Source: Octopus bimaculoides
Lineage: Eukaryota
Assembly (NCBI RefSeq): GCF_001194135.2
Contig: NC_068985.1
Location: forward strand, 15,675,618-15,729,612
DNA length: 53,995 nucleotides
Reading direction: 5' to 3'
Position 1 is the stretch's first letter. Each line of letters opens with the position of its first letter. Under the pieces are notes generated by a model, which did not search any database, was not told the DNA's origin, and saw only the letters and a list, made by a program, of their open reading frames with translations. Shown piece after piece: positions 1-11,538 of this stretch. Position numbers and translations under genes: made by a program.

Positions 1-321
1 ATATATATGTATATTTATATATACATATATATACATATATATGTATATATATATTTATATATATGTGTTTATATATATGTATATACCTACATAAGTAAAC
101 AGAAAACGTGCTGAATACGCATGACGTTTTTAACTTTTTCATCCGGAATCTCATTGATTAGTCAAAACTTGTAGTCATGGAGCTGAACTGTTCCGGAGGA
201 CAAGCTGTGATCTAAACACGTAAATTATCAAAGGAAGGAAAACAACGAATTTGTAATTAGAACGTTTCGTCATTTCATACTGGAGAATATTGAAATTATT
301 AATTAATAAGAAATTCGTACA

Positions 322-352
<31 letters not shown>

Positions 353-1056
353 TTACGTATATGTTTCAACAATAGAGAGAGACCAAGTTACGCACGCTCG
401 CCTGCAGTCATCCATTGATTCAAACGTAAGAACGTGAAAAGATAACACGAAGTTAATAGGTAAGTTGCTAGGTAGGTAGACAGATAGACTGAGAAGGCAG
501 GTGGTAAGGTAGTTAAGTAGATAGTTTGACGGTAAATAAAAAAAAGACACAAAACAAGCAGTACATAATAGGACTGACATATATTTAGAAATAAACAGAT
601 AAAAAGATAATACATAATATGCTAAATAAACATGATATACTAATTAACCGCGTTGCTCTTTGCAGCTCATAGCACCAATAACGTTTTTTGTGCAAAAACA
701 ACGGCAATAGTTGTTAGCAATTTATTCTATGTCTATTATATCACTGCTTGTTGTCTAATATTATATTGTGTATTATGGCTAACTATGACGAGAGAAGGGG
801 CATTTTTGCCGCCTAAGTAAACTTTGCCATTCATCGTTCTACGATCGATGAAATAATAATTCCAGTGAAGTACTGGGTTTGTTATCATTGATTCTACTCT
901 ACCTGGATATTCGTGACATCATGCTGAAGTAAGAAATCATTTTAGGTAACTATGGCCTGAGATCTATAGAAGATACTTAACTGGAGATAGAGCGTGAAAT
1001 TCGTGTTCGATTATTGTTCGAATCTGGTTCAGTTTTACTTTTGCTTCTGATTTGTT

Positions 1057-1290
1057 TTACTTTTATTCCTCTTATTTCAGTTATTGGACTGGTGCCATGC
1101 TGGGGCACCGTCTTAAAGGGTTTAGTCGAACAAATCGATTCCAGTACTTACTTTTATTTAAGGTTTGGTCCTTATTCTATCGGTCGCTTGTGCCGAATTG
1201 CTAAATTAAAGGGAGGTAAATAAACCCACACCAGTTGTTAAGCGGTAGTCGAGGACAAATACACAGACAAATACAAAAAGCACACACACA
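1057..1290 (-). mobile_element. SINE family C, 3' half
   Basis: Reverse complement of the family C 3' region (ccatgctggggcacc, ttagtcgaacaaatcg, cttattctatcggtc, ttgtgtaagcggt-like) seen in full copies at 3688 and 48238. Confidence 0.75.
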
Positions 1291-1395
1291 TGTAGTCGCA
1301 GGTGTGGCAGTCTGCACGAAACTATCGCCTCTTGAATCACTTTGTAATTTCTACTGATTGTGTGCGTGTATATATATATATATATATATAAAATT

Positions 1396-1691
1396 TGGCA
1401 CTCCGTCGCTTACGACGTCGAGGGCTCCAGTTAATCCGATCAACGGAACAGCCTGCTCGTGAAATTAACGTGCAAGTGGCTGAGTACTCCACAGACACGT
1501 GTACCCTTAACGTATTTCTCGGGGAGATTCAGCGTGACACAGTGTGACAAGGCTGACCCTTTGAATTACAGGCACAACAGAAACAGGAAGAAAGAGTGAG
1601 AGATAGTTGTGGTGAAAGAGTACAGCAGGGTTCGCCACCATCCCCTGCCGGAGCCTCGTGGGGCTTAAGGTGTTTTCGCTCAATAAACACT
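1396..1691 (-). mobile_element. tRNA-derived SINE family B, head lost in gap
   Basis: Near-identical to 12936-13312 (tggcactccgtcg...cttaacgta...gtgacacagtgtgacaaggc...gtacagcagggttcg); runs into the N gap at 1692. Confidence 0.9.
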
Positions 1692-2206
1692 NNNNNNNNN
1701 NNNNNNNNNNNNNNNNNNNNNNNNNNNNNNNNNNNNNNNNNNNNNNNNNNNNNNNNNNNNNNNNNNNNNNNNNNNNNNNNNNNNNNNNNNNNNNNNNNNN
1801 NNNNNNNNNNNNNNNNNNNGTAGGGACAAACAGACACACAAACATACATACATACACACACACGCACACACACACACACACATATATATATACATGCATA
1901 TTTTTATGTACGTATGTATGTATAAATATATTTGAATGAAAAAGTTTAAATTTACTAATTGCATAAAAAAATCTTAACGAAAATAAAGTGATGCAATTCT
2001 TTTGGAAAGGCTTCTTCCCGTAAAATTTAAATCATTCTGTCTTTTAAATATATACACACTTAACCATCCGTCCCCCCACACACTCACATATATATAATTA
2101 TTTCTAATTTAGAAAGGTCTTTCTTCAAATATTGTATATCATGATATAATGTACAAATATTGTGTCTGTGTGTGTGCGCGCACATTTATGTAAGTATGGG
2201 CTGATT

Positions 2207-2416
2207 TCGAATTTTGGTATAGGGCCAACAATTCTGGGGGAGCGGGTAAATCGATTACATTGACCCCCGTCGCTCAACTGAAACTTATTTTAACGACTCC
2301 GAAAGGATGAAAAGCGAAGTCGATCTCGACGGAATTTGAACTCAGAACGCAAAGACGGACGAATTGCCGCTAAGCATTTCGCCTGACGTGCTAACGAATC
2401 TACCAGCTCACCGCCT
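2207..2416 (-). mobile_element. tRNA-derived SINE family A
   Basis: Contains revcomp of head GGCGGTGAGCTGG, B-box-like GAGTTCAAATTCC and core cctttcatcctttcggggtcgataaa. Confidence 0.85.
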
Positions 2417-2513
2417 TTAAATCTGTTATACTTGGGATGATAATTCTTTGCTGATTAAACAAGTGCATTATTTATTTGATCTTCCCTTTAGTTTTATTAT
2501 CATTATTGTTATC

Positions 2514-2549
<36 letters not shown>

Positions 2550-2584
2550 CATTATTATTATTATTATTTTCAGCCTATTTATCC

Positions 2585-2627
2585 GTCAAAGGTCTTTCGT
2601 CAAACATTCTGTGACCTCTTCAGCGAC
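2585..2627 (-). ncRNA. Candidate type I hammerhead ribozyme
   Basis: Minus strand reads gtcg CTGAAGA g gtca cagaatgtt tgac GAA A gac c T T tgac: intact core, 4-bp stem II after one extra G, A15.1-U16.1, H17=U, 4-bp stem I. Confidence 0.45.
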
Positions 2628-3039
2628 TCTCTTTCATATGTGTCACCTCTTGCTCTGTCTCATGTGTCTCCTCTTGCCTCGGGGCAGGCAGAACAAGAGG
2701 AGACAAGCAGGGCAGAGAGTCGCTGGAGTACTTTCAAAGATAAATAAGCTAAAAAAAATAATAACACTAATAAAACTAAAAGATCAGATAAATAGTACGA
2801 ATAGCAAAAAATAGTAAAATTAGCAAAAGATGACCATCTCCAAGTATAGCATAGAAATCCTCTACTCTCGATGTTGTAGATAATGCAGAAAAAAAGAAAC
2901 CTGGCGCCCATTGAATTCTTTGATTCCAGACCATATTTTCGCAAATTCTGACTATAATGAAGGGTTATTTATTGAAAAAAATTATTATGCTATCAAAAAT
3001 ATGTCTTCAAATTTTTGGAAAAAAGGTCGTTAATTTTAG

Positions 3040-3191
3040 AGACGGGGATTACATCACCTTCTGTGATCAAACTAGTAATTCTTTTATCTACCTGGAAAGA
3101 AAATTTGACCTTGACAGAATTTGAACTCCGAACATAAGAAATGCTCCTAAGCTCGTCGTCCGAGGCGCTATCAATTCCACCAGCTCGCCGC
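3040..3191 (-). mobile_element. Degraded SINE family A
   Basis: gaatttgaactccgaac...cagctcgccgc matches revcomp of family A head. Confidence 0.65.
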
Positions 3192-3500
3192 TTTTACGGA
3201 ATTAAAAAAATATTATAAGAAATATACTGGAATCAGAAAATGGAAAGTCTTTTACTCAGCAAAATGGCAAGAATAACTTGAATCTCTTTGACTCTTTTGA
3301 CATCGATTGTTTGTAAATAGAAAGTACTGACAGCTGTCATTTTAACTCATCATGAAAATGGAATTTTTTAAAAATCACTTTATTCCTATCAAATCAAATA
3401 ATTGTTCAATTTCATGCTACATTCCACCATTTTTTAAACTGAAAATTGGAAAAAAAAAAAAAAAAAAAAATTATAATTCAGCGAAATTTACGTCATTTGG

Positions 3501-3565
3501 ATATGCATTTAACCGATTAGTTTTACACAGATATGCATTTAACCGATCAATTTTACACAGATATG
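3501..3565. repeat. 30-bp tandem duplication
   Basis: atatgcatttaaccgattagttttacacag followed by atatgcatttaaccgatcaattttacacag and atatg. Confidence 0.9.
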
Positions 3566-3687
3566 ATGCAAAACGGTTCGGAGATTGGAAGTGTTATGCA
3601 ATTAAATGATTTATGGAATTAAACGCAGTCAAATGTGGTATGAGTTACGTTAATTATCGATATCAATATGAAGAATAGCAATCGATA

Positions 3688-4202
3688 GGCGCAGGCATGG
3701 CTGTGGTAAGAAGCTTGCTTTCCAGCCACATGGTTCCGGGTTCAGTCCCGCAGCGTGACACTTTGAGCAAGTGTCTTCTACTATGGCTTGGGGCCGACCA
3801 AAGCCTTCTGAGTGGATTTGACAGACAAACTGAAAGAAGCCCGTCGTGTACATATGTGACTGAGTTCATGTGTGTCTGTGTTCATGTGTATCTTTGTTCG
3901 TGTTCCTGTGTTAGCGCGCGCGTATGCGTGCGTGTGTATGTGTGTGTGCATGCGTGCGTGTTTGTGTGTGTGTGCGTGTGTGTGTGTGTGTCTTTGAGTT
4001 TGTGTTTATCAACCACCACCGCTTGAGAAACGATGTTGGTGTGTTTACGTCCCCGTAACTTAGAAGATCGGCGAAAGACATCAACAGAATAATTACCAAA
4101 AAAAAAAAAACCCCCAAAAGAACAAGTAGTGGGATCGGTTCATTCGACTAAAGGTAGTACTCCAGCATGACCGCAGTCTAATGACTGAAACAAGTAAAAG
4201 AT
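3688..4202 (+). mobile_element. SINE family C, full length, internal (TG)n
   Basis: tRNA-like head (ggcatggctgtggtaag...gggttcagtccc), CORE-like ttgagcaagtgtctt, internal (TG)n tract, tail ccagcatgaccgcagtctaatgactgaaacaagtaaaag. Confidence 0.9.
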
Positions 4203-4587
4203 CAGATGCATTGATTAGTATCATATTTTGTTTTAACACGAGTCCTCTCCCGCACCAATGAACCCCAAGCCTATTTTGCTGGTTGCAAATTAATGTGAAG
4301 AAGCAGAGGTTCACCGTTTGTCTGAGTCATTTCTGTTATATATCTACAACACAAACTCCACAAGAATACCAAGTCAGCCTTTGAATTACATGTATTCAAC
4401 AGAATAGCAAAATGTTTATCTTGGCAGTTATATACGAGCAATACAACCAAGTTTAGGTTTCATTCGTAATTAATTGCAGTTAGACAGAATGAAACCATAA
4501 AATGTCAGCTTTTGTCATTACAGCTACGAATTCACACAGTGGTCAATCAAACCTATATGACAGTTTGGACAACGCATTTATCATTGA

Positions 4588-4943
4588 AGGCGGCAAACTG
4601 GCAGAAACGTTAGCACGCCGGGCGAAATGCTTAGCGGTATTTCGTCTGTCTTTACGTTCTGAGTTCAAATTCCGCCGAGGTCGACTTTGCCTTTCATCCT
4701 TTCGGGGTTGATAAATTAAGTACCAGTTGCGTAGTAGGGCCGATCTAATCGACTGGCCCCCTCCCCCCAAATTTCAGCCCTTGTGCCTAGAGTAGAAAAA
4801 TATTACTACGGCGGCGAGCTGGCAGAAACATTAGCACGGGCAAAATGCTTAGCGCTATTTCGTGTCTTTACCTTCCCAGTTCAAATTCCGCCGCGGTCGA
4901 CTTTACCTTTCATCCTTTCGGGGTCGATAAATTAAATACCAGT
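4588..4943 (+). mobile_element. Two tandem SINE family A copies
   Basis: Full copy about 4588-4803; second copy from about 4809 ends abruptly at the Merlin fragment. Confidence 0.9.
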
Positions 4944-4944
4944 T

Positions 4945-5553
4945 ATATCTATCTACCATGTAATATCTATTTAGATTCGAATATGCCGGCCATTCATCTG
5001 AGTGCATGACAGAGCCTGCTTGCATTTCTCTTAGGATAAATGGGTCTAGAGTAGCTGTCTCTTTTTGGAACATAAAAATATCGACAGTCTAAGCCATTTT
5101 TAAGTCCGAAGAACCTTGAACCATTTATTCTTCGTCCATGATTTCTATTGTTCACATCTGCCTCATTGTCAGTTGATTCGGGTCTTTGATCACCAGTAAG
5201 AAGACGAGCTCGATTATATTTTCTTTTTCCAGCAAAACGTGCCTCATCAATCTGTACAGGATTTTCGACAGTTCCTGCTATTTGTCCTCTGTTATCGACA
5301 GACACAATTAAGGAGCAGACCTCCCTGCACATATTGAACCAGTCGTATATAGTCCTCCTGCTCCTTCCAGTCATTTCTTCAGTTAAATTAAATGAGTGAT
5401 CTTTTACAAAAAGCAACCGGAAGCCGAGTAGATAGATGAATTTTAAATGTAGATCAAAAACTCGGTGTAAATCACAAACTATACCATTTGAACTAATGTA
5501 GATCACAAGCTATACCAGGAACAAGTATGTAGATCACATATTATACCGGTACC
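4945..5553 (-). mobile_element. Merlin (IS1016/IS1595-related) DNA transposon relic with transposase pseudogene
   Basis: ORF 4994-5506 has TIYDWFNMCREVC and VQIDEARFAGKRKYNRAR; a +1 frameshift near 5055 continues ATLDPFILREMQAGSVMHSDEWPAYSNL (second catalytic Asp motif). Three 20-bp repeats with 31-bp period (5466, 5497, 5528) and a GG-starting end at 5553. Confidence 0.85.
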
Positions 5554-5767
5554 ATCTCGTCTTTGAAGGGTCATTGTTAATGTGTTCTTTGCTTCTTTCT
5601 TTTTTATAAGATATTAGGGTGTGATTTTAGGAGATACAACAGCTATTTCTAGCTGCGTGATCGGTTACATGTTTCACCGTTGGCTTGCTATGACCGTATG
5701 TTTATCTAAAGGTATTCCATGACGGCAAGTTTTCTTTTTAATAAACCAATCTAATGTATGTATGTAT

Positions 5768-5850
<83 letters not shown>

Positions 5851-6610
5851 GATATATATATTACAAAGCAGCCAATTATTTTACATTCGTTATTACCAGT
5901 AGTATCTGTGAGACTGAAAATCGATTCAAGATAGCGGAACTCTTTACTTCCGGTGAAGTGGTCTAACAATGTTATGACCTTTAAACTCATTACTTGTTCA
6001 GATGTTTTTCTTTTTTTTCCAAACAAATCACGAACACAGGTGACTGGATGTAAACTAGTTGCCACGGCAACTGTCTAATGGTGACTGTACTTTAAAGCAT
6101 CATGCCGTCTGTTTAGTAATATATTGCTCAGCGGGGAATAGTTCATTCACTATCCCTTATGACATCAACTATCACTGATACCGTTATTCCACTATCGTTA
6201 TTCAAGTCATCGCCGTCACCATCATCATCACCACATCCACCACCATCATCACAACCACCATTATTACCATAGCTACCATCATCATAATAAAAACAGAGTC
6301 ATCTAGTAACAACAATAACCACAACAACGGCGATCATATGTCTTTTTCTTTTTTTTCTTTTAATATATCGCCCGGTTCTCAGTGGGAAGCCCCTGTGGTT
6401 TATATTAACCATGTACCAACTCTTTCTGAATGGATTAACAATGTTTGTTTATGCAGTCATCAGGTGGTTTGGTGGTGCACTGAATGACGAGCGATAAGTG
6501 TTCTCACTTGATTGAAACTTATCTCTTAGTTGGAGAAAGGAAACAAAAACCTAACGGTAAATGTCAGCGACTGTTGAGGAAAAAAAATAGTTAAAAACAA
6601 ACATTATATA

Positions 6611-6782
6611 GGGCAAGCGTGGCTGCGTGGTTAGGAAGCTCATCTTGTAATCTCGAGGTTTCAGGTTCAGTTCTACTGGTAGTTCCTTAGGTAAGTCTCT
6701 TCTACTATAACCCCCATGTCGACCAACACCTCGTGATTGAATTTGGTAGAAGGGAAACTGCTTCGAATCTCGTCGTATAAAC

Positions 6783-6817
<35 letters not shown>

Positions 6818-7032
6818 CGTGTCTTTGTATTCGTGTTTGACCCCCACCACCGCTTGACGACCTTTGCTGGTGTGTTTTACGTCACCTTAACTTAGCGATT
6901 CGGCTTAAAAGATCGATAGAATAAGTACCAGACTTAAAAATGTAATAGGTACTGGAGTCGATTTAAAAAAAAACTAAGTGTTCAAGGCGGTGCTCCAGCA
7001 TGGCCGCAGCGCAATGCGTGAAACAAGTAGAA
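6611..7032 (+). mobile_element. SINE family C, diverged
   Basis: Same head, internal (TG)n and tail ggcggtgctccagcatggccgcagc...gaaacaagtag as 3688-4202. Confidence 0.85.
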
Positions 7033-7633
7033 CATAAGCGGTAAACGATCTTCATAGAAAAATATTTTCATTCCTGGGGGGAATTCTGACGTTTTCCACA
7101 AATTCATTGAAGTAGCAACAATTAGAGTTGTCTTTTGAATAATTCATAATTATTCAAATCGGAAATCTGAATCGTAATCAATCGAATTAAGCGGTGATGA
7201 ATTATTGGTTTACAGGGTCTCATATTTTTCTCTCACTGCGCTGTTGTTATAATAATTAATAACACATTTAACTCTCGCTGGCTCAGTCTATCATGCTGTA
7301 TGTACGTGACATAAATCACTGAGTTAGACAGCGCGGCATTGTACCATTAACGAGTTACTTCAATTTGTTATATAAGAAATTCAAATTACGATGAACGTAA
7401 ACAAACAAACGAAGTTTGCTTTTAGAAGCGTTGAAATGTCTTAGAAAGTGATTTTAAATTCTCAAACGCAGGATAATGCTAATATTATAGCCTGAACAGG
7501 ATAAGCTACCCCTATTTTGCAGGCCAGCTATGAGACACCTCCGTGAATACGCGTTATATAAAGTTCGACTTTCTAGAATTTCTACAATACGTAAAATAGT
7601 CATAGCCAAGCTGACGTTTCCAAAATATGTTAT

Positions 7634-7853
7634 TTAACCCGTTAAATGTAAACCAGTCACATCCAGCATTCTACATGTTTTATGTTCAAATCGACAAGAT
7701 CCTGCCTCTCACATCTACTCTACAATGTCATATTAAAAATAAACGGTCACATCATTAAAATCTCGATACTACTAATAAATGCTTTAATTAATTGAAAACA
7801 GTGTGAATAAATAAGCTTTACATTTGACCGTAATTTGAATGCGAAAAGGCGAA
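7634..7853. mobile_element. Possible piggyBac-like MITE, degraded
   Basis: Starts TTAA-CCC; right end aatgcgaaaaggcgaa is a poor inverted match. Family assignment relies on end motif and recall. Confidence 0.3.
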
Positions 7854-8114
7854 ATCTCTATACAGTCGCTCGACTCGCAGTAAATAGCAGACAAGCCCCA
7901 CCCAACCCACAGCCGACTGTCTTTAAAAATCACACATTGGATAATGTTGTCCGAGGTACACTATACCTGAAAAATGTTGGGATGGCTTTGATGTTTGGTT
8001 ATTGAATACTGACCAAGGGCTACACAGCAATAATCTAAAAAGGAAGTCGTCAGTTACAAAACGCCATCGTTAGTTCTATTTAAATCTGATTAACCTGAAA
8101 TTCCGGACATTTTG

Positions 8115-8962
8115 NNNNNNNNNNNNNNNNNNNNNNNNNNNNNNNNNNNNNNNNNNNNNNNNNNNNNNNNNNNNNNNNNNNNNNNNNNNNNNNNNNNNNN
8201 NNNNNNNNNNNNNNNNNNNNNNNNNNNNNNNNNNNNNNNNNNNNNNNNNNNNNNNNNNNNNNNNNNNNNNNNNNNNNNNNNNNNNNNNNNNNNNNNNNNN
8301 NNNNNNNNNNNNNNNNNNNNNNNNNNNNNNNNNNNNNNNNNNNNNNNNNNNNNNNNNNNNNNNNNNNNNNNNNNNNNNNNNNNNNNNNNNNNNNNNNNNN
8401 NNNNNNNNNNNNNNNNNNNNNNNNNNNNNNNNNNNNNNNNNNNNNNNNNNNNNNNNNNNNNNNNNNNNNNNNNNNNNNNNNNNNNNNNNNNNNNNNNNNN
8501 NNNNNNNNNNNNNNNNNNNNNNNNNNNNNNNNNNNNNNNNNNNNNNNNNNNNNNNNNNNNNNNNNNNNNNNNNNNNNNNNNNNNNNNNNNNNNNNNNNNN
8601 NNNNNNNNNNNNNNNNNNNNNNNNNNNNNNNNNNNNNNNNNNNNNNNNNNNNNNNNNNNNNNNNNNNNNNNNNNNNNNNNNNNNNNNNNNNNNNNNNNNN
8701 NNNNNNNNNNNNNNNNNNNNNNNNNNNNNNNNNNNNNNNNNNNNNNNNNNNNNNNNNNNNNNNNNNNNNNNNNNNNNNNNNNNNNNNNNNNNNNNNNNNN
8801 NNNNNNNNNNNNNNNNNNNNNNNNNNNNNNNNNNNNNNNNNNNNNNNNNNNNNNNNNNNNNNNNNNNNNNNNNNNNNNNNNNNNNNNNNNNNNNNNNNNN
8901 NNNNNNNNNNNNNNNNNNNNNNNNNNNNNNNNNNNNNNNNNNNNNNNNNNNNNNNNNNNNNN
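8115..8962. other. Assembly gap (others: 1692-1819, 24608-25040, 33149-33239, 33780-33798, 34141-34240, 37400-38163, 46602-46622, 47720-48189, 50172-50965)
   Basis: Runs of N. Confidence 0.99.
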
Positions 8963-9036
8963 ACCAGCTACACCACACAAACACGCATTTACACACACGC
9001 ATACACACACACTCACACACGCACACACGCACACAC

Positions 9037-9075
<39 letters not shown>

Positions 9076-9611
9076 ATAACGCGCAAACACATGATTGCAC
9101 ACTCACACACTTTCTTTCTTCCTTCCTTCCCAACCCTTCTCACATACATTTCCACTCTCATCCGTGACACTACATAAATATTGGTTTCAAACTTTGGCAC
9201 AATGCCAGCAATCTTTTTACAAGGAGTAAAGTCGATTACATTGATTGCAGTACTTAACTGCTACTTATTTTATCGATCTCGACAAGATGAAGGCAAAGTC
9301 AACCTCGGCGGCATTTTGAACAGACGAAATGCCGTTAAGCTTACGGTCCGGTGCGGTAACGATTCTGCCAGCTCACCGCTTTAGGTGCAAGCATAAATTG
9401 AACCCAAAACAAAGAGTGACAGACTTGAAGCTGAACCGTGGTAGAGTGTGAATGTCATTGAAGAGGTCACGGATGGCGATGAAAGGACCTGGGACAAAAA
9501 TAACTGATTGATTAATTAACCGAATGATTAACCAAACCACCGATTAGTTAGTTCTATTAAATGTGAAATTGCGCCGCATTCGTCTTTCAGTCTTCCGTAG
9601 TCAATAAAATA

Positions 9612-9827
9612 CGAAGGGCTGCTGAAAACTTCTTGGCTTCAGGGCTATCGCGAAAGGTCTGGTTAGAGGCCCAACCTCCCGAGTTCTTTTACTGAATTTA
9701 GAGAAACTGAAAGATCTCTGCAATAAGTGTGTGAATCTGAGAAGGGAATATGTTGAATAAAATCATAATTAACTGATCCTCTAGCATTTTCTTTTACTCA
9801 AGGGCTTGAACTTTTCAGCACCCCTCG
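9612..9827 (+). mobile_element. Mariner non-autonomous element
   Basis: TA at 9610-11 and 9828-29; TIRs cgaagggctgctgaaaacttc / gaacttttcagcacccctcg; retains transposase C-terminus KLKDLCNKCVNLRREYVE*. Confidence 0.85.
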
Positions 9828-9937
9828 TAAGTGGCATTCAAGCACTGGGGTGGATTCAATCCGGTATACTTCCCTACTAAATTAGAAATTAGGGTTATTG
9901 CACCCACGTTAGAAAACACTATTTTCTGTAATATTTA

Positions 9938-10640
9938 GGCGGCGAGTTGGCAGAAACGTTAGCACGCCGGGCGAAATACTTAGCGGTATTTCGTCTGTCT
10001 TTACGTACTGAGTTCAAATTCCGCCGCGGTCGACTTTGCCTTTCCTCCTTTCGGGGTCGATAAATTAAGTATCAGTTGAGTACTGGGATCGATGTAATCG
10101 ACTATTCCCTCTCCCTCAAAAATTTCAAGCCTTGTGTCTATAGTGGAAAAGAATCTTTAGCACGCTGGACAAAGTGCTTAGTGGCATTTTTCCGGTTTTA
10201 TCTATGGAATTCAAATACTGCCGAGGTCGACTTTGCTTTTCATCCTTTCGTGATTGATAAATTAAGTACCAGAGACATACTGGGGTCAATGTAATCGACT
10301 TGTCTCCTCCCCACAAATTCCAGGCCTTGTGCCTTCAGTAGAAAAGATTATTATTATTATTATTAAGTTCGTGTGTTGGCAGAAATGTTAGTACGCCGGG
10401 CTGAATGCTTAGCGGCATTTCTTCCGTCTTTACGTTCTTAGTTCAAATTCCGCCGAGGTCTTTTTGCATTTCTTTTAGGGGGTCGATAAAAGAAGTGCCA
10501 GCTGAGCACTGGGATCAATGAAATCGACCTATCCCCTCCCCGAAATTGCTGGCTTTGTGCTAAAATTTGAAACCGTTATTAAGGCGGTAAGTTAGGAGAA
10601 CCGTTAGTCCGCCGGGCAAAATATTTGGCAGCATTTTGTC
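9938..10640 (+). mobile_element. Cluster of 3-4 head-to-tail SINE family A copies
   Basis: Repeated ggcggcgag...gagttcaaattccgccg...ggggtcgataaa...ccttgtgcc units starting near 9938, 10150, 10374 and 10583. Confidence 0.9.
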
Positions 10641-11506
10641 TGGCTAATTAGAAAGAACTATTTTCTTTAATGTTGAGCTTGAATAGAAGAAATAGGAGAG
10701 TGAAGGTCTTAATGCAATTAGAATATTTGGTTACTCCTGCCAGCTTCCAGAGTTCAAATCCCAGTGCGTTGGTTGTGTTCTCATAAAACAATAATAAAAA
10801 AGTCTTTATTGATTTACAGGAATTAGTTCAACTGACTCTACACCCTTATCCATAAAATTTCACTGTCTGCTAAATGTCAAATACTTCAAGAAATATTACC
10901 ATAGGTGTTATCATTAGACAAGGCAATTCATAATTATTTGTTTTTCAATCAATAAATTAACAGGAAGGAAACAAGAAAAAGATAATCTAGAAATATATGA
11001 GATACTGAAGGGAAAAATTTGATATTTTTTCCTGTCATCTGCATCTAAAATGAATTGGCTAATTTTTTCTGTTGTGAGGCCAAAAATTAGCTTGAATATA
11101 TGGTTAACTGCATCTGATACGCAATCACATTGACATCCATTGGGAATTATAATTTATCGCTCTTGTAACCGAGCAGAATTTCCACTTCATTCGGTTTAAT
11201 ATTGATTGCAAGTATAGGCACAAGGCCTCATATAAGGAAAAGTGGTAACTAAACAGACATCGGCACTGAAGTGGTTAAGCATTAGAAAGTCTTCGGATGT
11301 ACAACTGTTTTCCAAATGGATTACGAAATATGACAAACATTTCCTCGGGTACATTGTTCGCTGATTTACTGGGTCAGAAAACAAGCTACAACCAAAACAG
11401 AGCAGTCTCCATCAGTTCGTTGATCCATCAATCTGAGACGTCACGTACAAAATTACAGGAGACCTAGATATGCGGCATAGAATATTCTAGTTTGAAATGA
11501 AAACTG

Positions 11507-11538
<32 letters not shown>

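Noticed and set aside
9938-10640. Regularly repeated units resembling an array or CRISPR
   Set aside because: About 210-bp diverged SINE copies, no short repeat/unique spacer pattern, eukaryotic context.
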